Below, piece after piece: positions 54,547-63,597 of a stretch of 64,000 nucleotides of DNA (positions within the stretch are counted from its first letter, which is position 1; every line of letters begins with the position of its first letter). Origin of the DNA: Candidatus Nomurabacteria bacterium (GTDB lineage: Bacteria > Patescibacteriota > Minisyncoccia > Phycocordibacterales > UBA918); NCBI GenBank assembly GCA_023898525.1, contig CP060227.1:557634-621633 (forward strand). Direction: 5' to 3'. The notes under the pieces are model-generated. The model had not been told where the DNA came from. It made no database searches and saw only the letters and a program-made list of their open reading frames with translations. The position numbers and the translations under genes were made by a program.

Positions 54547-55329
54547 CTATCTTGGGTATTTCCAAATAGCAGCAATCCAAAAGCCGATCCATGGAAAAAG
54601 ATTTAGTAGCGGTACAGCATAACCAACCATAGCCAGCAAAAGCGTACCGTATTTCAGGCTAGAGTGACTACCTGCTAATGGTCTGACTCGAGCTAAGGTG
54701 TATTGTATATAAATAGTTGATATAGTTCCTGCTCCAATGGCTAGTACTATAAAATAACCAGCTAAGAAAAGGCTGGCGGCAATATCACTGGCTCCGAACA
54801 TGTTGGCTATCCCTGCTATGCTGCTAATAACAAAATTTTTAGTTTTTTCCCATAGACCCTGATCTTCATTGTTTTGGCCAGCAAAATCACCTGATAAGCC
54901 GGCGGCAGCAGCTAGGCCAACCAAAGACACAAAGGCAAAGAAAAGTTGTGCCATATAAACCCAGCCCACCCAAGAAGCAATGGCAGCGGTAGCTCTATTG
55001 GCACGTAGGCGACGGGCCGGAGATATATCTTTAGGTTGTTCAACTTTTATTTTAGATATATAGTTATCGTCATTAACGGGTGCTATTGTATTAACTTGAG
55101 ACCGATAGCTTGTTACCAATGTGTCCCCCACTTGCTGTGTACCGATTTTTTTTGGTTGTCTGATGGTGGTGGAGTTTAAACCCTGGCTTTTATGAGTCAG
55201 GTTAAATTTCTGGTCGGTAGTTGGATGGTTTGGTTCAGTTGCTTGATCCAAATATTCCCAATCATTATTAATACGCTGCTTATCAATTCGGCGCGCGTTT
55301 CTGATTGGTTGTGCGTTTGCTTCAGCCAT
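54547..55329 (-). CDS. Membrane protein (hydrophilic N-terminus, 4-5 C-terminal TM segments), T4SS-operon component.
   Basis: Hydrophobicity pattern only. It lies immediately downstream of the VirB4 gene. Confidence 0.45.
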   Translation of the reverse strand: MAEANAQPIRNARRIDKQRINNDWEYLDQATEPNHPTTDQKFNLTHKSQGLNSTTIRQPKKIGTQQVGDTLVTSYRSQVNTIAPVNDDNYISKIKVEQPKDISPARRLRANRATAAIASWVGWVYMAQLFFAFVSLVGLAAAAGLSGDFAGQNNEDQGLWEKTKNFVISSIAGIANMFGASDIAASLFLAGYFIVLAIGAGTISTIYIQYTLARVRPLAGSHSSLKYGTLLLAMVGYAVPLLNLFPWIGFWIAAIWKYPR

Positions 55330-55347
55330 AGCTTTATTCTAACAGGT

Positions 55348-57141
55348 TTACTGTCTAGATAACTGTAGTTCTTCCCGTGCCTTTTTGATTTGGAGAAGTT
55401 GAGAAGGGTCTGAAGTAATGATCTGGTCTTCGGTGTATGAAGCAATAACCTTGATGGCGACATGCTTTAAACCGGCGAAAAATATCCCCTCCCCTACATT
55501 CGATTCAAGAAGTAAGAATTTTTCTTCATCAGTTAAGTTGAAGGTTTTTTGAATATTATCAATCGCGGTGGCTGATTGTTTCATTAGGAACTGAATAGAA
55601 GAGTTGGTGATCATTGGTACTCCATAAGGTGACCGCAAAAAGTCATCAACATCCTGAGTAATGGTGGCAATACCTAAGTAATATTTACGTCCTCGCTTGG
55701 CTAGGCTAAATAGAAAGGAAGCGGTGTCTTCAGATTTCATCATCCACCAAGCCTCGTCAATAACCAATAGTCGCTTAACCATCCTTCGTCTAACGGAGCT
55801 CCAAATGAAGTTGGTAATAATGTACATGGCAATGGTTTTAAGCTCGTCTTCCATGTCACGTAGTGAAAAGACGACAAATTTTTGGTTGATGTCGACGTTG
55901 GTAGGTTTGTTCATAAAACCTGACCAAGTACCAGAGGTGTATTTTTGGAGGCGGGTAATCAGTGAAGCACTACCATCCATACCAGCTAGTACCATCTCAA
56001 AATCAGACAAAAGCGGCGGTTCTTGTTCGGAAAAGTCTGTATCACCGGTGATATCTTTAAGGGCATAGGTTTCCTGAATAGCTAAGTCCAAGATAGTCTC
56101 TTCCTCTGGTGCGAGGCCGCCAAGCATTAGTCGGAAAAGACCGATCAGTTCAATGATGTGAGCCCTGAGTACGTCTCTAGGATCTTCGTCTGCTTGGGGT
56201 GGTGGTAAGTCAAAAGGATTGATGTGGTGGTCAGATGAAAGAGAAATGTTAAAAAAGCGACCGCCGGTAGCTTCGGCTAAGTATTCATATTCTCGCTCTG
56301 GATCCAGTACAATAACTTCGGTACCAAACATTAAAGAGCGCAAAATTTCCAGCTTTAAACCGTATGATTTACCAGCACCCGAAGTGGCAAAGGTAACTGA
56401 ATTATAGTTAGTGAGAGAAAAACGATCAAAAAGGACCAGTGATGAGTTGTGGCGATTTATACCGTAAAGGATTCCGGTGTCTGAGGTGAGGTCAAAAGAA
56501 GTGAAGGGAAAGAAGCTGGATAGAGGAGATGAATTAAATTTGCTGTGAACCAAGAGTTTGTCACTGGCGGTAGGAAAGATACTTTGAATACCCTGTTCTT
56601 GTTGAAAGAGGGCGGGTTTTAGATAGATTAATCTAGAGTCAAGAATACCCTTTACATCATTTTCGGTTTTGTTTAAAGTTGCTTCATCTTTTCCATAAAT
56701 AGTAACGTAAAAACCAACATTAAAGAGTTTTTCTTCAGCTTGCTGTAAGCGGTCTCTTAGTTCTTCAAGGTTTCGGTAAGCAGCCTCGAGTTGCGGGTCA
56801 CGCACCTCCCCTTTTTCGGCCTTAATATTAATCTGACTTTGTACCTCCGCTACCTTTTTTTGAAACTTTTTTAGACTGTCAGCAGTATCAATGGGGTGAA
56901 TGAAAATAGAAACATCAAGTTCTTTATCCATATTTAATACTGGTTCCATCCATCCGGCGTTGAGATAGTGAGGATAAGCCACTGCGTACAAGACCCTAAC
57001 ATCCACTCCGCTTAAGTTTATGCCACGTGGGGTGATATTGACAGCCGAAGGAGCTACAACATCAACCAGGGTTAGCAACTGGTCACTAACAGAAGGCTCG
57101 TTGGATTTTTTTTGTGGTTTAAATTGATCAAAGATACCCAT
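55348..57141 (-). CDS. virB4: VirB4/TrbE/CagE-family type IV secretion ATPase, C-terminal ATPase portion.
   Basis: Walker A is FATSGAGKSYGLK. Walker B is LLVIDEAWWMM. The conserved IATITQ region of VirB4/TraC ATPases is present. It lies in frame with, and 6 nt downstream of, 57148..57789. Confidence 0.8.
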   Translation of the reverse strand: MGIFDQFKPQKKSNEPSVSDQLLTLVDVVAPSAVNITPRGINLSGVDVRVLYAVAYPHYLNAGWMEPVLNMDKELDVSIFIHPIDTADSLKKFQKKVAEVQSQINIKAEKGEVRDPQLEAAYRNLEELRDRLQQAEEKLFNVGFYVTIYGKDEATLNKTENDVKGILDSRLIYLKPALFQQEQGIQSIFPTASDKLLVHSKFNSSPLSSFFPFTSFDLTSDTGILYGINRHNSSLVLFDRFSLTNYNSVTFATSGAGKSYGLKLEILRSLMFGTEVIVLDPEREYEYLAEATGGRFFNISLSSDHHINPFDLPPPQADEDPRDVLRAHIIELIGLFRLMLGGLAPEEETILDLAIQETYALKDITGDTDFSEQEPPLLSDFEMVLAGMDGSASLITRLQKYTSGTWSGFMNKPTNVDINQKFVVFSLRDMEDELKTIAMYIITNFIWSSVRRRMVKRLLVIDEAWWMMKSEDTASFLFSLAKRGRKYYLGIATITQDVDDFLRSPYGVPMITNSSIQFLMKQSATAIDNIQKTFNLTDEEKFLLLESNVGEGIFFAGLKHVAIKVIASYTEDQIITSDPSQLLQIKKAREELQLSRQ

Positions 57142-57147
57142 AGTGTT

Positions 57148-57789
57148 TTATTTGTTAAAAGTCGGAGCTGATCCGGTGGCGTCAATTGGATTATAAATGT
57201 GATAAAAAAGTTCAACCAAATCATCACTGCCTAAAGCAGTGGTTCTAACTCCAATTCTGCCTAATCCCTGTTCTACTACAGCCACTCTTTGCTCAAGCTG
57301 AACTCTCTGTTCCTCAAAACGCATCTCAGTGGAGTTATTGCTAGAGGTTTTTGGTTTAGTCGAGAAAAGTGAGGTAATGCCTTTGGTTATATTGGTCGGA
57401 GTTGGTGAGTAAGGTATAACCACAAAGAAGTTTTTACTCATGATGTCAACCTCGGTGGTAAAGGTGTTTATGAATTCTATGTATTCACGCAACTGAATTC
57501 GCATCAGATCATTATCTTGCTTTGATTCTCTGGTTTTAAGTAGTTCCAGATAGGGTTCGATATTTAGACGTCTGGATTGCACGTAGATTTGCAGAGAAAA
57601 ATCAAGGGTGTTAAGGAAGGTTTGGAATTGTTGTAGTATCGCCTGTTGTTCATCGTTTGACTTCAAAGCAAAGTTAATTGATGTGGCAAGTAGAATGGTA
57701 CATAATTGACCAGATTTTAATACTAAAATCCCGTCTTTTACATCTTTAATAGCAACGAATTGTTGGGTGGCGGCTGTAGTTTTAGGCAT
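57148..57789 (-). CDS. VirB4 N-terminal domain, encoded as a separate ORF.
   Basis: FVAIKDVKDGILVLKSGQLCTILLATSINFALKSNDEQQAILQQFQTFLNTLDFSLQI resembles the conserved N-terminus of Gram-positive VirB4 homologs (Tn916 Orf16/PrgJ/TcpF type). It ends ...PTFNK-TAA-AAC-ACT-ATG-GGT... so a single stop separates it from the ATPase ORF in the same frame. Confidence 0.5.
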   Translation of the reverse strand: MPKTTAATQQFVAIKDVKDGILVLKSGQLCTILLATSINFALKSNDEQQAILQQFQTFLNTLDFSLQIYVQSRRLNIEPYLELLKTRESKQDNDLMRIQLREYIEFINTFTTEVDIMSKNFFVVIPYSPTPTNITKGITSLFSTKPKTSSNNSTEMRFEEQRVQLEQRVAVVEQGLGRIGVRTTALGSDDLVELFYHIYNPIDATGSAPTFNK

Positions 57790-57790
57790 A

Positions 57791-58243
57791 TTATTCTTTC
57801 TTTTGGATAGCTTCTAATTCTAAGCGACGGGCTAATGAGGTAGTGCTTTGACGGTTGGTTGGTTGTCCGAGATTTTGACTTTGACGTGGATCCGGATAGT
57901 TAACTGTATTAGGTGTAAACATGTCTTTGTGGATCACGTCTTCTTTTTGTCTCCACAAATATAGTTTTGTACTAGATAGATAGGTAAATATAGCTTCAAG
58001 AAAAAAGGAAAATGGACGGTTGTTAACCGGGTAAAAGGCTAAGGCTATAGCTAAAAGAGCTAATGGTAGTCCAAGAATAAGAAATAGTATTTTATTTATA
58101 AAAAATAAAACTACACCCATTCCGACTCCTCCACCAAGATAGAGAAACTGTCGCCAAGTTAACGGCCCGAAGATTTTGTCTTCAATATCAATAAATTGTG
58201 GTACTTCAAATCGCATAACACACGTACAAAATACATTATACAC
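57791..58243 (-). CDS. PrgI/TcpE-like small membrane protein (the VirB3 analogue of Gram-positive-type T4SS).
   Basis: MRFEVPQFIDIEDKIFGPLTWRQFLYLGGGVGMGVVLFFI matches the PrgI-family consensus (F..P.F.D.EDKI.G.LT.RQ) followed by two TM helices. The true start is probably MRFEV... Confidence 0.55.
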   Translation of the reverse strand: MYNVFCTCVMRFEVPQFIDIEDKIFGPLTWRQFLYLGGGVGMGVVLFFINKILFLILGLPLALLAIALAFYPVNNRPFSFFLEAIFTYLSSTKLYLWRQKEDVIHKDMFTPNTVNYPDPRQSQNLGQPTNRQSTTSLARRLELEAIQKKE

Positions 58244-58286
58244 TTTATATGAAAAAAGCAGTGTTGGTTTTGTGTATAGATGTTAA

Positions 58287-58325
58287 GACAAACACTCTGC
58301 GCCTACGGCGCAGAGTGTTTGTTGT
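58287..58325. terminator. A perfect 16-bp hairpin inside the T4SS operon, between the 166-aa gene and the PrgI-like gene.
   Basis: gacaaacactctgcgcc-tacg-gcgcagagtgtttgttg. On the transcribed (minus) strand the T-run is weak. It could be an attenuator, a partial terminator or an RNA-processing site. Confidence 0.4.
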
Positions 58326-58826
58326 CTATTGATTGGCGTACCCGATAGGTGGATTTGGTGGGCTGGGCGGCGGAGGTGGTGTTGTGTTATTTACAGATCC
58401 GGAAGCGACAAATTGGGTGGCGGCGGTACTTTGGTGGTTGGACTGTAGTGTTTTAGTGGGGTCGTTGTGTGTCTCTGTTTTTTCCATATTTGATGGATAT
58501 GGTTTTGGGTAACTACCCTCCTCAGCTTGATAAGCCACATTGTCTGTCAATTTCTTTATAAAATCCAATATTTTTATAGACATAACCTGAGTAGTATCAC
58601 TATCTACATCTAATTTTGTTAACTCATCAGGTATATCCTTGTCGGAAAAAATTCCTAACAGCTTATTTGAAGTTATAACAATCAACTTCATTTTCAAATT
58701 ACTATACTGTGTATTGCTTATTAGACTATCTATAAATAATCCTATTTTATCAGAATCAATTATATCTCGTAAACCTTGATCTGCATTACTGTAAGCTTCT
58801 ATAAATTTTTCAAAAGTATTTTCCAT
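58326..58826 (-). CDS. Hypothetical protein with a Pro-rich C-terminus (PPPPPSPPNPP), T4SS-operon component.
   Basis: ORF and operon position only. Confidence 0.4.
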   Translation of the reverse strand: MENTFEKFIEAYSNADQGLRDIIDSDKIGLFIDSLISNTQYSNLKMKLIVITSNKLLGIFSDKDIPDELTKLDVDSDTTQVMSIKILDFIKKLTDNVAYQAEEGSYPKPYPSNMEKTETHNDPTKTLQSNHQSTAATQFVASGSVNNTTPPPPPSPPNPPIGYANQ

Positions 58827-58829
58827 ATT

Positions 58830-60833
58830 TTATGCGAAGAATTGTGCGGCGTAGGTTGAATTTCCGTTTGCCCATTTAACCCATGGATTATTTGGTCCTA
58901 ACGCGACAGTTGGTACAGTTGTACTTGCAATACCTAAGTTTGCCGACAAGGCATTTCTAATTTCGGTTCTATCAGTGGTTGATATACCATTCTTAATTCT
59001 TTCTTCGAGCATAGCGGGAGTTATATGATCAAACATACTCTGTTGCTTGAAGACATCCACCGGCATCTTTCCGATATCCTTAACATTTTTGCTAAACATT
59101 GAAGATTTTTGATCAACCGTGCTAGCGTTTGGGTGTGAATATAGTAGTGCTCCTGTAGAATTCTTTCCTGCACCAAGGACATTACCGTGAGTTGCAATAT
59201 TAGTATAAGCTTCATTTCTGGTGTTTTTAATATCTTGAATTTGCTGTGATGAGAATTTACCTGTTTTTTCTAGATTGCTTATATCGTCATCTGATAGGTG
59301 CATGGCCACTTTCTGATTGTTTAGTTTTTCAAATCCGAGCTTTTCTTTTTCAATTCCAGTCATTTTCCTAATAGTCTTTCCTAACTCATCAAAAGCATCT
59401 GATAGGTCTGTGGCCAACTTGGTTTTATCGTCAAGGGTTTTGTTATATGTTTCAAATTGTCTTTTACGTTCAAGCTCTCCTTCTGTTTGGTTTGCTCTAG
59501 CTTGTGTTGATTGCCTGTATTCTTTTTCCTTCAGGTTTGTGGTTCCTGTACCAAGTTCAGCGTTTTTTAGTTTCTCTGCGCCGCCTCTAGCTGCTCTATC
59601 AACCCAGTTCCATCTTGATATAGTTCCAGCTAAACCACTTCGTGTCTGTAGTTCGTTCAATCTTCTTTCTCTATTTGCACCATAAGCATTTGCTGCCATA
59701 CGTGCTCCTGCTCTAGCTGGATAAGTTATGCCAAAAGTCACACTACCAGCTGCGCGACGAGCACGACCACTTAAGTGTTTTCCAAAAGTGACCATGGCAT
59801 TACCACCGGTCATACCAATCTTTTGTCCTACAACAATAGCTGCCATTAGGAAAGCAATCATAATTAGGAAGTAAGGTACAGTGGTGGCAAATGCTTCAGT
59901 GGCAGTGGCGACATTGTTGCTGGCAAAAGCGGTAGCAAAAGAGTTTGACTTGGCCAGAACTGAAAATTCATTAAAGACCACATAAGCAAAATAAAGCATT
60001 AAAATATAGGCGGGAGCATAAAAAGCTCGGGCCAAAAAATTCTGCCAATACTCAGTTGAGTATCTCTGCAGATTTGGAAAAACCCAACCCAGAAACATAA
60101 TCGGAGAAAGAATCATGTATAGATTTAATACCACAAATCTTATGATTAATAATATGGCACCAGCAAAGAAAGCAAAAGCTGTCACCATGAATAGAAAGAG
60201 GGTTCCGAAGATATAAGTGTAACCATTACCATTACTGGATGAAAAAGCGGTAAGGTCACCGTCAAATATGCTAGTAAGACCTAATCTCTCTACAAATTTT
60301 CCAGCCGCTTCGTATTCACCTGCCCCGTTTGAAAATGCACCAGCCACCTGCATAGCAGCAATGTTGGAGAAATCAACAATAAATTTGGTGATAAATAAGC
60401 TAAAGTTCACCAACAGCGCCGCTAGAATGATGTGGACCAACATTTTTTTGGCGCTACTGTCACCTACGTTTAATATCATTTTAAAACCGATATAAACTAG
60501 ACCGAAGATAAAGGTTAGGTTAAAAATGTCGCGAACGGTTTGCCAGAGATTATCAACGGCAAAGCCAAGTCCAGTATTAATAAATAGGTCACCAAATCCT
60601 ATAACAAAGGTGGTAATGGCAGTATCGAGAAGTTTTCCAGCCATCCATACTAGAAAGCCAAATACTCCATTAACTACTCCCCACAGTAGGTCTTGAAACC
60701 AACTAGACCCCAATTTTTCATCTGCCCCACCATCGCCAACTGCGAAAGCCAAAGTAGGAAGAATCAATAGCAAAAAAGCTCCAATTCCTATTAAGAGTCC
60801 TGTGTACTTTTTATTCGCTATGAAGTTTGTCAT
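58830..60833 (-). CDS. Large polytopic membrane protein, VirB6/TrbL-like candidate (first gene of the T4SS-like operon).
   Basis: It has about 8-9 TM helices over 350 aa, followed by a hydrophilic coiled-coil-like tail. Its position is as expected for a VirB6 analogue. Confidence 0.45.
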   Translation of the reverse strand: MTNFIANKKYTGLLIGIGAFLLLILPTLAFAVGDGGADEKLGSSWFQDLLWGVVNGVFGFLVWMAGKLLDTAITTFVIGFGDLFINTGLGFAVDNLWQTVRDIFNLTFIFGLVYIGFKMILNVGDSSAKKMLVHIILAALLVNFSLFITKFIVDFSNIAAMQVAGAFSNGAGEYEAAGKFVERLGLTSIFDGDLTAFSSSNGNGYTYIFGTLFLFMVTAFAFFAGAILLIIRFVVLNLYMILSPIMFLGWVFPNLQRYSTEYWQNFLARAFYAPAYILMLYFAYVVFNEFSVLAKSNSFATAFASNNVATATEAFATTVPYFLIMIAFLMAAIVVGQKIGMTGGNAMVTFGKHLSGRARRAAGSVTFGITYPARAGARMAANAYGANRERRLNELQTRSGLAGTISRWNWVDRAARGGAEKLKNAELGTGTTNLKEKEYRQSTQARANQTEGELERKRQFETYNKTLDDKTKLATDLSDAFDELGKTIRKMTGIEKEKLGFEKLNNQKVAMHLSDDDISNLEKTGKFSSQQIQDIKNTRNEAYTNIATHGNVLGAGKNSTGALLYSHPNASTVDQKSSMFSKNVKDIGKMPVDVFKQQSMFDHITPAMLEERIKNGISTTDRTEIRNALSANLGIASTTVPTVALGPNNPWVKWANGNSTYAAQFFA

Positions 60834-61188
60834 GTTGGATATTGTGGTGGTTTACCGGAAAGTCAGGCTACTGCTAACGGTTCTTCTTGTGTAGTTGATC
60901 TTATCTATTATATAACTACCGGTTGCAAAAAGAAGTCTAAATATCACCACCGGTAATAAGTCAGGATTGTTATAGTGTTTTGAATTCAAAGCGGCTCCCA
61001 TGAGTTTATAAAAGATGAATAACCTTACTGTAACGTTATCATATTGATAATTAGCATTTATTTCCTTATACACACTCTTACGTGCCCAGTTAAGGTAAAC
61101 AGATAGTATGTAAAGCTGACTTGACATTAAAAAGTTTGGTATATTATCATGATACTGCAAGTTAATTAATATTAAATCTTACCTAATC

Positions 61189-61683
61189 ATGAATCCAAAT
61201 AACCAAAAAACAGGACATTATGTTTCTATTACCCTAATAATATTTATACTAATTATTATTGTTGGTTTTGCTGCTTCAAAGCCGGCGGCAACCACGGAAT
61301 TGGTTCAACAAGATAATTTTGAAAAAGCTGCGACTCAAACTAATAAGGTGGAGAATAAACCAGCTACAGATTCTGAGGCGGGTGTGTATAAGGCATACTC
61401 AGCTTCAGCGGTGGCTAATAGTAATGCAGAAAACATCGTTCTGTTTTTTTATGCCACTTGGTGCCCAAGTTGTCGGGCTTTAGATGCTGAAATTAGTAGT
61501 CATTTAAGTAGCATTCCGGTTGGAACAGAAATCTATAAAGTAGATTACGATACAGCAACTGAGCTCAAGAAAAGGTATGGCGTTACCACTCAACATACCT
61601 TGGTTCAGATTAAGAATGATGGCACTATGGTTAATAAGTGGAGTGGTGGTGACTTAAAACACCTCTTAACTTCATTAAAATAA
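61189..61683 (+). CDS. Membrane-anchored thioredoxin-fold protein (TlpA/ResA-like).
   Basis: It has an N-terminal TM anchor and a WCPSC active site. It lies upstream of a CcdA-like gene. Confidence 0.8.
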   Translation: MNPNNQKTGHYVSITLIIFILIIIVGFAASKPAATTELVQQDNFEKAATQTNKVENKPATDSEAGVYKAYSASAVANSNAENIVLFFYATWCPSCRALDAEISSHLSSIPVGTEIYKVDYDTATELKKRYGVTTQHTLVQIKNDGTMVNKWSGGDLKHLLTSLK

Positions 61684-61684
61684 A

Positions 61685-63367
61685 ATGACACTACTTATTA
61701 TTTCTTTTTTAGCTGGTGTTTTAACGGTTTTAGCGCCGTGTGTTTTGCCGCTGTTGCCGGTCGTGATCGGTAGTAGTGTCGGTGCCAGAAGTCGGGCTAC
61801 TCCTTATATAGTGATTGGTTCGCTAGCTTTATCAATCTTGCTTTTCACCTATCTGCTTAAAGCCTCTACAGCACTCATCAGTATACCGGCTGTTTTTTGG
61901 TCGTATTTATCGGGTGGTATTTTGGCTGGTTTTGGTTTGATCCTACTCTTCCCTGTTCTTTGGGAGTCTCTACCTTTTGTAGCTAAAGCTAGTCGTGATG
62001 CCAATCAGCTTATGAGTACCGGCTATCAAAAAAAGAGTGTGTGGGGTGATGTGCTTATTGGTGCTTCTCTCGGTCCGGTCTTTTCTACCTGTAGTCCAAC
62101 TTATTTTGTAATTCTCGGTACTGTTTTGCCAGCCAGTTTTTGGCTTGGTACAGTCTATTTAATTACTTATCTTATTGGTCTTATTTTAGTTTTGGCTTTA
62201 ATTGCTCTATTGGGGCAACGTTTGACCGGTAGACTTAACCTACTCGCTGACAACCACGGCAAGTTTAAACGAGGACTGGGAGTAATTTTTCTTATCGTTG
62301 GTTTAGCTATCATTTCTGGTTTGGATAAAAAAATAGAAGCAGCCATTCTTGATACTGGCTATTTAGATATTTCTAAATTTGAACAAAAAATCTTAGATTC
62401 AGCCACCGAGACATCGATTGTTCCAGCTGGTAATAGTTTGTCTGTAATAGATGAACAGACCACGAAACCAGCAACTGCTGTCGAAAATATTCCCAAACAT
62501 CTGCAAAAAGCTTTTCCTAAAACAGACTGGTCAAAAAATAACCCCAACATAGCTAATGCAATTTCTGGTGGGCCTGGAAAAGACGGTATTCCTGCGATTG
62601 ATAATCCGACCTTTGTTCCAATCTTTGAATTTTCCCACAGTGATGAAACGCAGGCGATTGTGGTGTTTGGTGAAAATGATATCAAAGTCTATCCCTACAA
62701 CATCCTTAATTGGCACGAAATCGTAAATGATGAAATTGATGGTAAGCCTATATTAATTGCCTTTTGTCCGCTGTGTTGGAGTGCGATTGTTTATGACCGT
62801 ACTTTACCGGATGGAAAGACACCAACTTTCGGTGTTAGTGGCAGTTTGCTTGAAAGTAATATGATAATGTACGACCGTTTAACTGAGAGTCTTTGGCAAC
62901 AAAGTACTGGTAAAGTTTTGGCGGGTACGTATTATCCGGCTGAGCTTACAGCTCTTCCCTTTCAGCTCTTAACAATTGGTGAGATCAAAAAACTTTATCC
63001 ATACTCTATGCTGCTTAGTGAAGATACTGGCTACTCGCGTGACTATTCCAGGGACCCATACGTGGGTTACGAAACTAACAGCCAATTTGTTTTCGATCCA
63101 AGTTCTCTGGATAATAAGTTTCCACCCAAAACTATCATGGTTGTCTTTAGGGCGGGTGATGTTACGGTGTCAGTACCTTGGTTAAAACTGCGCGAAGTGA
63201 GCTCGGTTGTTGAAATTATTAACAATATTAAGTACACTCTGACAGTCACCGATACTGGTGAATTGATTATTGTTGACGAGTCGGGAGCTGTTCAACCTTT
63301 CTATTTTGAAATGTGGTTTAGCTTTGCCGTTCAGCACAGTGATCAGATTCACGTTATTGAATTATAA
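61685..63367 (+). CDS. ccdA: CcdA/DsbD-type thiol:disulfide transmembrane electron transporter fused to a C-terminal DUF3179-like soluble domain.
   Basis: LAPCVLPLLPVVIG and the second Cys helix (VFSTCSPTYF) match the CcdA topology. The C-terminal domain of about 300 aa shows a DUF3179-like pattern (ILNWHEIVND...FGVSGSLLESNMIMYDRLTESLWQQ). Confidence 0.65.
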   Translation: MTLLIISFLAGVLTVLAPCVLPLLPVVIGSSVGARSRATPYIVIGSLALSILLFTYLLKASTALISIPAVFWSYLSGGILAGFGLILLFPVLWESLPFVAKASRDANQLMSTGYQKKSVWGDVLIGASLGPVFSTCSPTYFVILGTVLPASFWLGTVYLITYLIGLILVLALIALLGQRLTGRLNLLADNHGKFKRGLGVIFLIVGLAIISGLDKKIEAAILDTGYLDISKFEQKILDSATETSIVPAGNSLSVIDEQTTKPATAVENIPKHLQKAFPKTDWSKNNPNIANAISGGPGKDGIPAIDNPTFVPIFEFSHSDETQAIVVFGENDIKVYPYNILNWHEIVNDEIDGKPILIAFCPLCWSAIVYDRTLPDGKTPTFGVSGSLLESNMIMYDRLTESLWQQSTGKVLAGTYYPAELTALPFQLLTIGEIKKLYPYSMLLSEDTGYSRDYSRDPYVGYETNSQFVFDPSSLDNKFPPKTIMVVFRAGDVTVSVPWLKLREVSSVVEIINNIKYTLTVTDTGELIIVDESGAVQPFYFEMWFSFAVQHSDQIHVIEL

Positions 63368-63381
63368 AATCACATAAGACC

Positions 63382-63591
63382 ATGAATACAGAGCTAATAA
63401 ATAAAGTTCTGGATTACCGTTTAGAAGCCGGCTTAACACAAGTTGAACTGGCTGAAAGAGTTGGGGTAACCAGGCAGACCATTATTTCGATTGAAAAAGG
63501 AAACTATATCCCATCGGTCGTTTTGGCTCTACGTTTGGCGAAGGTTTTTAGATGCCCATTAGAAAAACTTTTTATTGAAAATAAAAAATAA
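63382..63591 (+). CDS. XRE-family (Cro/CI-type) HTH transcriptional regulator.
   Basis: LTQVELAERVGVTRQTIISIEKGNYIPSVVLALRLAKVF is a textbook HTH_3. Confidence 0.85.
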   Translation: MNTELINKVLDYRLEAGLTQVELAERVGVTRQTIISIEKGNYIPSVVLALRLAKVFRCPLEKLFIENKK

Positions 63592-63597
63592 CCAACC

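Noticed and set aside
57148-58832. Recurrent 'stop, 1-2 codons, ATG in the same frame' junctions (58830/58826 as well as 57148/57141) as evidence for programmed readthrough across the T4SS operon.
   Set aside because: The 58830 junction separates proteins with no evidence of being one polypeptide. Same-frame coincidence has a 1/3 prior. Only the VirB4 junction is backed by domain logic, so only that one is reported.
60852-61160. 102-aa minus-strand ORF upstream of the T4SS operon.
   Set aside because: It lies in the AT-rich promoter region between divergent operons. It is Tyr/Asn/Leu-rich with low complexity and no RBS. It is probably non-coding.
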